The notes under the pieces are model-generated. The model worked only from the letters and a program-made list of their open reading frames with translations, had not been told where the DNA came from and ran no database searches. DNA of 64,000 bases from a virus (lineage: Duplodnaviria > Heunggongvirae > Uroviricota > Caudoviricetes). Below are positions 51,701 to 59,860 of this stretch, piece after piece. Made by a program: the position numbers and the translations under genes. The first letter of the stretch is position 1; every line of letters starts with the position of its first letter. The stretch lies in IMG/VR virus record IMGVR_UViG_3300034357_000765, one strand, 5' to 3'.

Positions 51701-54140
51701 TCTGAAAAATCTGAAGATAGATGGTGGATACCATGACGCGAACAACAGGTTGTATAGAGTAAACGACGATGTTTTTGGAGTAAACAATTCCCCTACTGAG
51801 AATCCTTTAGATTCTGCAACAGGATTACCAAGAGTTGCATTGGGTTCAACAATAGGATCAACCACTCCGGGTGCAACAGATTTATTATTTGCTACTGCAG
51901 CAGCCGGTGCTGGTGGAGATAACACTTTTTCTCTTATGGACACGATTGAAAATGTATCTTACTCTACTTATGTAGGAACTGGAAACTTAAACGATCCAAA
52001 CACTCTTTCTCTTAGCTCAGTGACTGCCAAAATAGGAAATGGAAAATTCATGGCAGGTGTATGGGAAAATGGTGCTTGGAATAGTGGTTGGAGAAAAGAC
52101 GAAAACTTACATGAATTCCATAACATATCGGATTTCTTTTCTTACAACAGAGACAAAAGATGGAGGTTCTCTATATCCGGATCAATGGATGCAGTTTCTA
52201 GATTTGAAGTTGGTGATAAAGTCTCTATAGGAAACATTGTAGCAATAGATGTAAATGAAGAAAGAAAGCTTATAAAGAGCTATTTCACTATAATGACAAA
52301 AACAACTAAGTCTATAGCAGTTGAGTTTGAAAGTGACTTCCCAATAAGAAGAATAAAGATAGACTCTGACATACATAGAATCTACATAACTAAAAACGTT
52401 TGGCTTACTGGTGGGTTCTTTAACGGATACTTTACTGGAGTTTGGAACAACGGACTATTTAGAGGATTTCCTTATATAACCGAAATGTTCGATACACATT
52501 GGCTTGATGGTAAATTTGACGGTGGACATTTCCAATCTAGAAAAAGAATTTTAGAATTTTCAAATACATATTTAGCTACGTTAGATATGATAAAAGTAGG
52601 AATAATTTTTGATAAAATACATAGTCTTACGGTAGGAGATTCAATAACAATATCATCTACTTTCAGTACGTTTGGAACAACCAAAATACTTTCTATTCCT
52701 GATGACTATAGAGTAATAGTGGATTTGGCATGGGCTACTGATAAAGATCCAAATACGTATGGTACTGCCATCAAAGGAACTATAACAACCAACATATCAA
52801 CCGGACTTGTACAGAACGTAGACTTCAATGCTAACAATGCATCTAAAGTTACTTCCTTACAATCTATGGATAATACAAGAGTTTTCATGTACGATTCTTG
52901 GATGGATGTTAACTTTGATAATACTAGTGCTGTAAACATTGGTAAACCACAATCTACAATAGATAATTCTGTTTCAACTTATGCATATTCAGACAATAAC
53001 CTATACGGATATCCTACTTATGATGTATTGTCGAGTAGTGTTACTTTCAGAGATAGTTTTTCTACTAACATAAGAAAATATAGATTAGGATCTAAATACA
53101 AAATATATGAAGACTATATAGGTGACGCGGGAGACTTTGGTGATCATTTTGATATAACTGGATGGACTACCAAAGCAGGTTTATACAGAACAAACACATT
53201 TCCTTATTTTCAAACTAAACCTGTAGGACAACAGTTACCAACATCTACAGATTTTGCCAATCAAGGATGGGTATTTGCCAAAGATGGAAATCCAGGGTCT
53301 GCTATTTCATTTGAAAGAACAACAGAGGCACTTGATGATGAAGATCCAGCGGCTGGTAAAGAAATGAAGGTCAGTGCCGTAGGAAAAGGTGGTGTTTTAA
53401 ACATACAACCTTCTTATGATGTTGCAAACAGAACAAACTCTCCTATAGCCAAACAAAGATACACTATTGTAAAATTTGATTTAATACAAGCACTTGTTCC
53501 TGACTTTATATTTGAAGATGGTAACACAAGTCTTTATGATGATAGTTCTAAATATCAACCACTTATACATTTTAACAACTTAAACTACGCACTTAGAAAA
53601 GTATATGTTCCTGGAATTGGATACAAAGAAAGAAAATTAGACACAACTTATTTCCCAGTGTATAAAAATATTAATCACGTTTCGACTCCTAATAAAACTA
53701 AAATAGAATTCTTCTATAACAAAACAAACTTATCAATGTTCTTTAGAGGAAATGGTTTAAATGGATCTAACGTATCTAATATCACAATAGATAATCTTAA
53801 GCTTTATGAAGTAGATATGATACCTTTCTTTCAATATTTCAATACAAAGAATATAAATAAAAGTGTATCTGTTCCTTATCAGGCAATCGCTCCTAATATA
53901 GAGTATGTTGAAAATGATTTCTCTTTGTTGGATAATAGTATATACGGATTAGATAGTTTCTATATCTACCAGCCAAGTGGTGAGGTATCTATACAAGCAG
54001 AATCTGCCGCTGCTGCTGCGGAAGCGGCTTCTGTTGCAGATCCTGCAGTTGCTGCAGTTACTGGATTACCTGGATTACCTGCACAACCTGCAACTTTTAA
54101 TAATACGGTTGCGGCCAATAATCAGACAAATACAAATTAG
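48798..54140 (+). CDS. giant virion protein (1780 aa) with a P-domain-like module and an Ala/Pro-rich C-terminus
   Basis: VNITLRHTYIADMIINLRVPNGNVINLKAKYSGG parallels the P-domain segment of the preceding gene. The C-terminus is AESAAAAAEAASVADPAVAAVTGLPGLPAQP. Confidence 0.8.
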   Translation: MGIWKQRIDESWLKCSGTAAFKIINVRGGAGDTSKQATAISLKHTKIDSNTGTVYSYIPSTNTTFFPLNSPQISGFMISDIGSNSLLGTGVYSYILDYYFGPSINSTKKFVATKNYQFKTHVYNFAYANNRTVVESYLNTPANKQPNGGLYNSFLNIFKGALGINPTWEDSYYFDVPYYKNFIRASTLQPTMYILYYYSNPKVDTDSGYIALTNKLSSSKTEVLNASGNPTSYNFSTAVSSTQSVYAAGYGLGGVEINEIGWKIQGYSFVSYDNDPWIGDYPSDPTAPAAGLTNSYTGKFTNTSNGLTLANKLPLKRCLFGKGWYYDADNNEYTWYDQQFDSVSSDLNDNNNPVGGDAGLQESHYGYRENNYIAKYIPFQKFNLSFLYESLRSDSGIKIYLSPTLPTSKSLGSSLYKGILRFPDTYYLSSNPATTTEIQAFNAANSGPNSRGLSLVMSRYQVPYTLDPLSLPALQKILLPLGTAPYTTDGLIKGDPNPGQGNGIAISGSQGKFTYVGTNNVYAPTVAAGAFSGSANASSDSTFPTANINISALTGPIKVGSIVTLSFTSQYSSNYTQYTFNKSYTILGNNGADWSNFLDAFTNEIKVKQGPFVSQSHPDRVYDAPICTTTNFSVKGTEKGTNWNGFFQKYGRISASITIRVPSDASRSTIIKDYNSADSNKALVNNIIVDDDSTNLKEIRVNITLRHTYIADMIINLRVPNGNVINLKAKYSGGFFNDLRNITFTTNTNFPKMQGLDFWPNSKSKGYVYDPIGLPANTTTGAPATGPSYPVKSPWLQTPYSSSSYNFDWSQLMILPGLTFQMDKNNGQGTTTMLNGFNNISTTGDETVDFRSSVNDLKYLSNVDGTFNGTYSLYIKDDWGGDSGIFEDWNIEFLYKKVYTPILTLTQSDVENTTNPGAAKLQYLFGLEGNQYLFIVGDQVSKVEDPAVDFRGVKKAPGYTPLLNLRSSLKNLKIDGGYHDANNRLYRVNDDVFGVNNSPTENPLDSATGLPRVALGSTIGSTTPGATDLLFATAAAGAGGDNTFSLMDTIENVSYSTYVGTGNLNDPNTLSLSSVTAKIGNGKFMAGVWENGAWNSGWRKDENLHEFHNISDFFSYNRDKRWRFSISGSMDAVSRFEVGDKVSIGNIVAIDVNEERKLIKSYFTIMTKTTKSIAVEFESDFPIRRIKIDSDIHRIYITKNVWLTGGFFNGYFTGVWNNGLFRGFPYITEMFDTHWLDGKFDGGHFQSRKRILEFSNTYLATLDMIKVGIIFDKIHSLTVGDSITISSTFSTFGTTKILSIPDDYRVIVDLAWATDKDPNTYGTAIKGTITTNISTGLVQNVDFNANNASKVTSLQSMDNTRVFMYDSWMDVNFDNTSAVNIGKPQSTIDNSVSTYAYSDNNLYGYPTYDVLSSSVTFRDSFSTNIRKYRLGSKYKIYEDYIGDAGDFGDHFDITGWTTKAGLYRTNTFPYFQTKPVGQQLPTSTDFANQGWVFAKDGNPGSAISFERTTEALDDEDPAAGKEMKVSAVGKGGVLNIQPSYDVANRTNSPIAKQRYTIVKFDLIQALVPDFIFEDGNTSLYDDSSKYQPLIHFNNLNYALRKVYVPGIGYKERKLDTTYFPVYKNINHVSTPNKTKIEFFYNKTNLSMFFRGNGLNGSNVSNITIDNLKLYEVDMIPFFQYFNTKNINKSVSVPYQAIAPNIEYVENDFSLLDNSIYGLDSFYIYQPSGEVSIQAESAAAAAEAASVADPAVAAVTGLPGLPAQPATFNNTVAANNQTNTN

Positions 54141-54141
54141 A

Positions 54142-54849
54142 CTATCTAACAATCAAAAGATATCCAGACTTTCCGGGCTCATTCTTTGAATGATGCCCCA
54201 TAGAGTCTACTTTTGTCTCATCTCCATCAAGCTTTATACCAGAAAGCTTTTGTTTACCCAGTATTCTTTTTTCACCATCACACTTTTTACAATGTGTCAT
54301 TCCAATCTTACCCTGACCAGAACAAAAAGAACACGGATTTCCGGCATAGTCTTTACCACTTCCTTCACAGAAGTCACAACCATCATCCGCATCAAATGTT
54401 CTTAGAATGTTTCCATCAACATCTCTTATGACTATTTTAGAAGAAAGGTCTTTTCCAGAACCATCACATGTTTTACATTTGACATATCTTTCATATTCGA
54501 CAGATCCGTTGAAGTCTTCACCAACCTTTATTTGAATATTAAGAACTTCAGAGTCTTTAAACTTTTCTCTCTTACTTTTAACATCATCGTACTCAAGCTC
54601 AGAGTTTATGTTGAATAACTCAAAATATTCATTATAGTTATTTCCAAACTTAGACTTTAAGTCATAGTCAGATCTTTCCTTTGAACAAAGAACGTCATAC
54701 GCTTCTGTAAGCTCTGCGAAGAACACCGCATTACCACCCTTATCAGGATGATGTGTAAAAGAAAGCTTGTAGTAAGCTTTCTTTATCTGCTTTTCTTCCG
54801 CATCTCTTGCGACACCCAGCAAGGCGTAGTAGTTCTTTCCTAAGTTCAT
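54142..54849 (-). CDS. DnaJ-like co-chaperone: a J-domain plus four CxxCxGxG zinc-finger repeats, with no DnaJ C-terminal domains
   Basis: YYALLGV...HPDKGG is a J-domain with the HPD motif. Zinc-finger repeats are CKTCDGSGK, CDFCEGSGK, CSFCSGQGK and CKKCDGEKR. Confidence 0.8.
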   Translation of the reverse strand: MNLGKNYYALLGVARDAEEKQIKKAYYKLSFTHHPDKGGNAVFFAELTEAYDVLCSKERSDYDLKSKFGNNYNEYFELFNINSELEYDDVKSKREKFKDSEVLNIQIKVGEDFNGSVEYERYVKCKTCDGSGKDLSSKIVIRDVDGNILRTFDADDGCDFCEGSGKDYAGNPCSFCSGQGKIGMTHCKKCDGEKRILGKQKLSGIKLDGDETKVDSMGHHSKNEPGKSGYLLIVR

Positions 54850-55046
54850 TCTGCTATCATTTTTTCTATCTTCTCACCAGCGATATATCCGTCGTCATTC
54901 ATTACTATATCCACGACCTGCTCCGAGAATTCGTCTTCTATTATAAGACAGTCCGACATCGATATGTATCGGACAAGGGATTCCAAGCCTTCTTTGTATT
55001 TCATTATTACATTTTCTTTGTTGATGTACCTTTTGTTAAATCCCAT
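54846..55046 (-). CDS. hypothetical small protein
   Basis: ORF only. Confidence 0.4.
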   Translation of the reverse strand: MGFNKRYINKENVIMKYKEGLESLVRYISMSDCLIIEDEFSEQVVDIVMNDDGYIAGEKIEKMIAE

Positions 55047-55057
55047 GTTTTTAGTTT

Positions 55058-55246
55058 TTAGTCTTCTAGTCTGTATTTTTTGTTTATATATACGGCTCTT
55101 CCTTTGGCCGCTCTTTTTTTATCAGTTGTTTTGATGAACTCTTTTCTTGACCTAAGTTCTTTAATCATTTTGGTTTTGTCCCACTTTCTTTTGAGTTTTT
55201 TCAACGCGGCTTCAATACCACCTTTACCTACTTCTACTTCTAACAT
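55058..55246 (-). CDS. rpsU: ribosomal protein bS21 homolog (short Bacteroidota-like form)
   Basis: IEAALKKLKRKWDKTKMIKELRSRKEFIKTTDKKRAAKGRAV aligns with bS21 [42 protein letters not shown]. Confidence 0.8.
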   Translation of the reverse strand: MLEVEVGKGGIEAALKKLKRKWDKTKMIKELRSRKEFIKTTDKKRAAKGRAVYINKKYRLED

Positions 55247-55249
55247 AAT

Positions 55250-55504
55250 TTACATCTCCTTTCCTTTTAATACACTATCTATCTTCAAATCTCTAAGCAT
55301 GGCTTTTCTATCAGAACTAGACATCTTCTCAAACTCCGAATACTTCAAATCGATACCCATTATCTCTAATGCAAATTCAACAAACTCTACCATCGTGTCA
55401 TTTTTAGACGACCATGAAAGAGTTCCACTCGAATCGGTCATAAGATATGATCCAGGTGCTCCCGATGTAAGTGTTCCTAATGTACTATTGCATTGTGTTG
55501 CCAT
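55250..55504 (-). CDS. hypothetical small protein
   Basis: ORF only. Confidence 0.4.
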   Translation of the reverse strand: MATQCNSTLGTLTSGAPGSYLMTDSSGTLSWSSKNDTMVEFVEFALEIMGIDLKYSEFEKMSSSDRKAMLRDLKIDSVLKGKEM

Positions 55505-55516
55505 ACTCTTCTATTT

Positions 55517-55807
55517 TTAAATACCTAATTGTTTTAGTTTTTCTTCTCTATCTAACATCTTTAGTATGCCTTTGGCATTGGTAGTACCAAACCTCTGTTC
55601 ACAATAGTCTTTGAAAGACTTCTCGTAGACTTCCCAGTCATATCCATCATCTGACGTGTCATTTAGCATATTGTGAATATCTCTTACAGAAATTCTCTCA
55701 TCTTCACGAGTTCTGGCCGCGTCATCCCATTTCTGCATCATTGCAAAATCTTGCTTAAGCGACCTAAGATTTAGACACTCAATAAGTTTCTTCTCCAATT
55801 TGTCCAT
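55517..55807 (-). CDS. hypothetical protein (96 aa)
   Basis: ORF overlapping the end of the gp46-like gene. Confidence 0.45.
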   Translation of the reverse strand: MDKLEKKLIECLNLRSLKQDFAMMQKWDDAARTREDERISVRDIHNMLNDTSDDGYDWEVYEKSFKDYCEQRFGTTNAKGILKMLDREEKLKQLGI

Positions 55808-57521
55808 TTCCGAATATGTCGTTTTCTAAATAACTTACTTCTTCTATAGAAGAAAAAACTTCTTTGTTTATTTTAAGAATCCTATCGAACATCTCTTGGT
55901 TCAGAATCGCGTGGTGAACTACAAATATATTGATGTTATACTCGTTTGCGAACGATTTTAAGAGCGTTAGTATAGAATCTATTCCCTCTATATCAATAGA
56001 AGAAAAGACTTCGTCTAAGAAGAGAATATTGATGTGTCTCTTAGTACGTATAAGTTTTAGGTAAGCAATAAGGATTGCGATGTTCACTCTTTTGTTTTCA
56101 CCGGTAGATAAAGAATCACTTTCAATCAAAGATCCAAATTGTCTTATTTCTGCAGTAAATGTTTCATCTAACTTAACACCAAATGGTATTCCCATCTTAC
56201 TAATGTTTTCTCCAATAAAGTGATTTAAAGGTTTGATAATACCTGCTATGATAGATTTCTTTACACCATCTTCACCAAAGATTCTGTTTAGTTCTTTGTA
56301 GAAAAGTTCTTTGTCTTTACTAACTGCAACATTGTCTTTACTTAAAGACTTTTTATCTTCCAACTCACTAATAGACTTTTCAAACTCTTCGATATTTGGA
56401 GATACTACTTTAGATTCTTGGTCTTTCTTTCTGGTAAGTTCTTCAATCTTAGATTTACAATTTTTTAAGAAATAACTCATATCATTAAAAGTGGTTGTAG
56501 TAGTTCCTGCAATCTCTTTCAGCTTTGTTTGTCTATCCTTAATAGTTTGTATATTTGCTTCTATTGTAGATTTTACGTCTTCGAATTTGGTCTTCTTTTC
56601 TACAAGTGCTTCTCTTAAAGAATTAAAGTGATCAGAATCAAAATCTGTTCCACAAGTGGGGCACTTCCCGGAATCATATAAATCAATCTCTCTTTGAACG
56701 TTCTTAATGTCGTTCTGAACCGTGATATATTGTTTTTTCTCTGCATCGATTTCTGTTATTAGTTGTTCTTCTTTTTCTTTGATTTTATCGACCTTTTCTT
56801 TTAAAGCCTTATAGTCGTCTTTCTTAGCAGTCATCTGTTCCATAAGTTCGTCTATGTCTGCTTGAATATTCAACTTTTCTTTTTGAACAGTTCTTTCTAT
56901 AGATTTTTGAATAGAACCAATAGAGTCTTCTAAAGTTTTTATTTCTGAATCCAAAGAAGCGATTCTTGTCTTATTAGATTTATTAAGGTCTTTAAGAATT
57001 CCGTTTAAAATGTTGATCACTTCAAGGTTGAAAAGTTTGTCTAATAAAAGCTGTTTTTCTTCATTTGATAGTGATATAAAGTTTTTGAAGTCATTTATTG
57101 ACATTGATATGAAAGACTTGAAAGTCTCAATATCCATACCAACATACTTTTCGATTGCGTCGTCGATGTTTGATTTTCCTGCTCTCTCATTAAGCATTCC
57201 ATTTTCCCAAAGCTCAAGTTTGGACGGTGATATTCCTCTTTTGATTTCTACGTCAACACCACCAGATTTGAATGATATTCTGTTTAAAAGTTCTCCGTTG
57301 ATTCGGTTTGGTAATGTAGATAGTGTACTCCACTTCTTTTGTCTACCACCTCTTACTTTACCGTAAAGTGTGTATTCAAAACTTGAAAGAAAACTTGATT
57401 TACCATTTCCGTTGTTTCCAACTAAAAGTATTAGCTCTCCTTTTTCTGTATTTAACTTTACCGTCTGTTCGTTGTTTCCAAATGACTTAAAGCCTCTTAT
57501 TCCTATTTCGCTTATCAGCAT
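55779..57521 (-). CDS. Rad50/SbcC-family recombination ATPase (T4 gp46-like)
   Basis: Walker A LVGNNGNGKSS, a long coiled-coil with a GKCPTCG zinc hook, an ABC signature LSTGENKRV, and Walker B / D-loop ILFLDEVFSSID. About 580 aa, as for phage gp46. Confidence 0.8.
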   Translation of the reverse strand: MLISEIGIRGFKSFGNNEQTVKLNTEKGELILLVGNNGNGKSSFLSSFEYTLYGKVRGGRQKKWSTLSTLPNRINGELLNRISFKSGGVDVEIKRGISPSKLELWENGMLNERAGKSNIDDAIEKYVGMDIETFKSFISMSINDFKNFISLSNEEKQLLLDKLFNLEVINILNGILKDLNKSNKTRIASLDSEIKTLEDSIGSIQKSIERTVQKEKLNIQADIDELMEQMTAKKDDYKALKEKVDKIKEKEEQLITEIDAEKKQYITVQNDIKNVQREIDLYDSGKCPTCGTDFDSDHFNSLREALVEKKTKFEDVKSTIEANIQTIKDRQTKLKEIAGTTTTTFNDMSYFLKNCKSKIEELTRKKDQESKVVSPNIEEFEKSISELEDKKSLSKDNVAVSKDKELFYKELNRIFGEDGVKKSIIAGIIKPLNHFIGENISKMGIPFGVKLDETFTAEIRQFGSLIESDSLSTGENKRVNIAILIAYLKLIRTKRHINILFLDEVFSSIDIEGIDSILTLLKSFANEYNINIFVVHHAILNQEMFDRILKINKEVFSSIEEVSYLENDIFGNGQIGEETY

Positions 57522-57532
57522 AATATATAAAA
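57522..57532 (-). promoter_or_regulatory. TTTTATATATT motif variant abutting the gp46-like ATG
   Basis: The + strand reads aatatataaaa immediately 3' of the cat start triplet at 57519-57521. Confidence 0.35.
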
Positions 57533-57567
57533 TATTTTTTAATTTATACCGATTTATTGAAATAAGT

Positions 57568-57918
57568 TTATTCTTTTGTCTCTATATCTTCTGGGTCTAT
57601 TTCATCTGTTATGAAAGTAGTTTCACCATCATAATCTAAATACTTTGAAAAGTCAACATCGTCCATTCTAGTAAGAAGTTCTTCACATGGTATAAGTTTT
57701 TTGAGAACAGATTCTACCAAATCTTTATAACCTGACCAAAGTTCTATCTTTGTTCCTATCTTTTTTTCAATCTCTTCAGAAACGGTCAGAGCAAGATTAT
57801 CAGGTGTATAAAAAATGGTTCCCTCAGAGAAGGAACCATCACAATTGACAGAAAGTAGTACCAAAATACCACCATCCATCTTACCCATATAGTCTACTAT
57901 GTCTATTTTAATTTCCAT
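57568..57918 (-). CDS. hypothetical acidic protein (116 aa)
   Basis: ORF only. Confidence 0.45.
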   Translation of the reverse strand: MEIKIDIVDYMGKMDGGILVLLSVNCDGSFSEGTIFYTPDNLALTVSEEIEKKIGTKIELWSGYKDLVESVLKKLIPCEELLTRMDDVDFSKYLDYDGETTFITDEIDPEDIETKE

Positions 57919-58126
57919 CTAAAAGCTCGGTAAGTTTTTCATCTCTAAAATCTACAAGATAACCACTTTTGATAAGTGTATTCATTATAGATATACCCAT
58001 CTCTTTTCTACCATCCTGAATAGAATAAAGCATGTCTTTATAATAAGAGTGTATCTGATCTCTTTCTTGCTGGTCTTCTAGTTTATGTACTTTATTAAGG
58101 TCTAAATAATAGTTTTCAATTTTCAT
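57908..58126 (-). CDS. hypothetical small protein
   Basis: ORF only. Confidence 0.4.
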   Translation of the reverse strand: MKIENYYLDLNKVHKLEDQQERDQIHSYYKDMLYSIQDGRKEMGISIMNTLIKSGYLVDFRDEKLTELLDGN

Positions 58127-58134
58127 TAAAAAGA

Positions 58135-58410
58135 TTAGATTTTGTCGCCAACGATAAACTGCAATTTTTTGAATTTATCATCAGTATCGGTGAAGATGAT
58201 TTCCACCTTGTCGATGTCTTTGAATTCTTTGGCCTCACCTGTGAACTCATTAACCATCACGTCTTTTTTATATACGATATCTATTCCTGGTTCTTCACCT
58301 AAGAATCTTCTCATATCTTCTTTTATTTGAGATAACTTCCAGTCATCTGTTTTGAAGTTTATCTTTGCGATATATTCTTTTATCGCCATTTCTTTCATTG
58401 AACCAATCAT
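58135..58410 (-). CDS. hypothetical protein (91 aa)
   Basis: ORF only. Confidence 0.45.
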   Translation of the reverse strand: MIGSMKEMAIKEYIAKINFKTDDWKLSQIKEDMRRFLGEEPGIDIVYKKDVMVNEFTGEAKEFKDIDKVEIIFTDTDDKFKKLQFIVGDKI

Positions 58411-58440
58411 GTCTTTTATATTGTTTTTTAGTATATTTGT

Positions 58441-58776
58441 TTAAAATCTTCCACCTCTATCTATGTAGTAGGTATTGCTAGATTCTATTATATCAAAGTT
58501 CTCGTGCATCGCCTGACATTTACTTTTAAAAGTTGCTATGTCTTCTTCATCTAAGTCAAACCATTCTCCTGATATTTTCTTAGGTTTCAAAGACCTATGA
58601 AAAGTCGCTTCTATCTTTCTTGCCCATTTCGAAACAAAAGAATCCACTATTATCAGCTCTGCTGCGTTTCCTGTTTTAAACTCTTTTATTCTTTCTGGAA
58701 TGGATCTTTTGGTTATTCCTATCTTGTATAGTTTTTTACCGTTTGCATCTGAAGAAATCAAATAAATGTTTATCAT
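58441..58776 (-). CDS. T5orf172 / GIY-YIG-like domain protein
   Basis: YKIGITKRSIPERIKEFKTGNAAEL matches the T5orf172 (MUG113-like) signature. An AATATATAC motif variant sits 3 nt upstream of the ATG. Confidence 0.6.
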   Translation of the reverse strand: MINIYLISSDANGKKLYKIGITKRSIPERIKEFKTGNAAELIIVDSFVSKWARKIEATFHRSLKPKKISGEWFDLDEEDIATFKSKCQAMHENFDIIESSNTYYIDRGGRF

Positions 58777-58816
58777 GAAGTATATATTCTCGCTTCATGA
58801 CTCCCATCCGATATTT

Positions 58817-59047
58817 TTAAGAATGATTTCCACAAATACCTGGAGTACCAAGAGTGCCATTAGAACCTATAGGACCATCCTTCATTACTGGATAAAGACT
58901 TTCATCTTTGAATATCTTTGAGATTTTCATTCTTCTGGACATAGACAATCCACTTTGCCTTATACCTTTCATCACTTCTGGTGGAAGCCAATAGTCGGAG
59001 TTTCTCTCGGTCGTATAGACACCTGGACTTTTGAATATAGTTGTCAT
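58817..59047 (-). CDS. hypothetical small protein
   Basis: ORF only, overlapping the upstream gene. Confidence 0.3.
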   Translation of the reverse strand: MTTIFKSPGVYTTERNSDYWLPPEVMKGIRQSGLSMSRRMKISKIFKDESLYPVMKDGPIGSNGTLGTPGICGNHS

Positions 59048-59526
59048 AATATAGTATTTGATTCTGTTCCGCCGTATTGGAAATCCAAATAGAAAAGTTC
59101 TCCTCTGGGTCCTACTGACTTTTTGTAGTCTGGGTGGTCTTCTACTTTCATCTCTTCAAATTCTTTGTCTTCGACGATTGATTCAATCTTTCGGTCCCTA
59201 TTTTCTATCTTCACGTCTTGTCGGATCGATTCCATCTCTGGGCCTGAGTTTCCACCACCGATTGGCATAACAGGAACTATGTCAAGACCTACCGTTTTTG
59301 CGAATATTTGTTTGGCCATTGGTAGAAGAGTTGGAAAATCTTTGTTTGTGGTATTTGATTCGGTATTTGATAAGTCTTTCAAATCTCCAACCGTACCCCA
59401 ATGATTATTCGTAGAATGCATCTCTGCATATTCCGACATCCAATCAGCTTTGGATCCGGTCATACCCATCCTTTCAAGAATTGGAGCCCACTTCTTAATA
59501 GTATCTTCTTTTGAAGGTATATTCAT
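59044..59526 (-). CDS. hypothetical protein (160 aa)
   Basis: ORF only. Confidence 0.45.
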   Translation of the reverse strand: MNIPSKEDTIKKWAPILERMGMTGSKADWMSEYAEMHSTNNHWGTVGDLKDLSNTESNTTNKDFPTLLPMAKQIFAKTVGLDIVPVMPIGGGNSGPEMESIRQDVKIENRDRKIESIVEDKEFEEMKVEDHPDYKKSVGPRGELFYLDFQYGGTESNTIL

Positions 59527-59563
59527 GATTTTTGCTTTTCTTTTTATATGAAAAGCGTATAGT

Positions 59564-59857
59564 TTAGTTTAATGATTGGTAAGTAGCTTTGATTTCGTCT
59601 TCTAACGCAGCGAAATCACTTTCTTCTATTTGTTTAGAAAACTCTCTTTTGAACCAGTTTATCATTTCTTGAATAACAACTTCTTCAGCTTCTCCGTTTC
59701 CATTACTAGAGTAGAATTCATCATCATCAGACCACTCAGAGATTTCTTTAGTAACCATTGAAGAAACTTCTTCTTCTGAGAAATGTTCTCTTATTTTTAC
59801 TATAGCGAAATCTATATCAAGACCTGCGTTTTCGTTATATTTTCTAAGATGTTTCAT
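59564..59857 (-). CDS. hypothetical acidic protein (97 aa)
   Basis: ORF only. Confidence 0.45.
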   Translation of the reverse strand: MKHLRKYNENAGLDIDFAIVKIREHFSEEEVSSMVTKEISEWSDDDEFYSSNGNGEAEEVVIQEMINWFKREFSKQIEESDFAALEDEIKATYQSLN

Positions 59858-59860
59858 TTT

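Noticed and set aside
9177-52939. Small ORFs nested inside the giant genes on either strand (for example 9177..9401, 20224..20559, 26126..26437, 45567..45926, 52706..52939)
   Set aside because: They lie entirely within much longer, well-supported ORFs in an AT-rich sequence where spurious 60 to 120 aa ORFs are expected. None has a promoter-like motif or a recognisable domain.
58817-59047. Tail-sheath N-terminus suggested by FKSPGVYTTE
   Set aside because: The ORF is only 76 aa and overlaps its neighbours. A short motif resemblance is insufficient.
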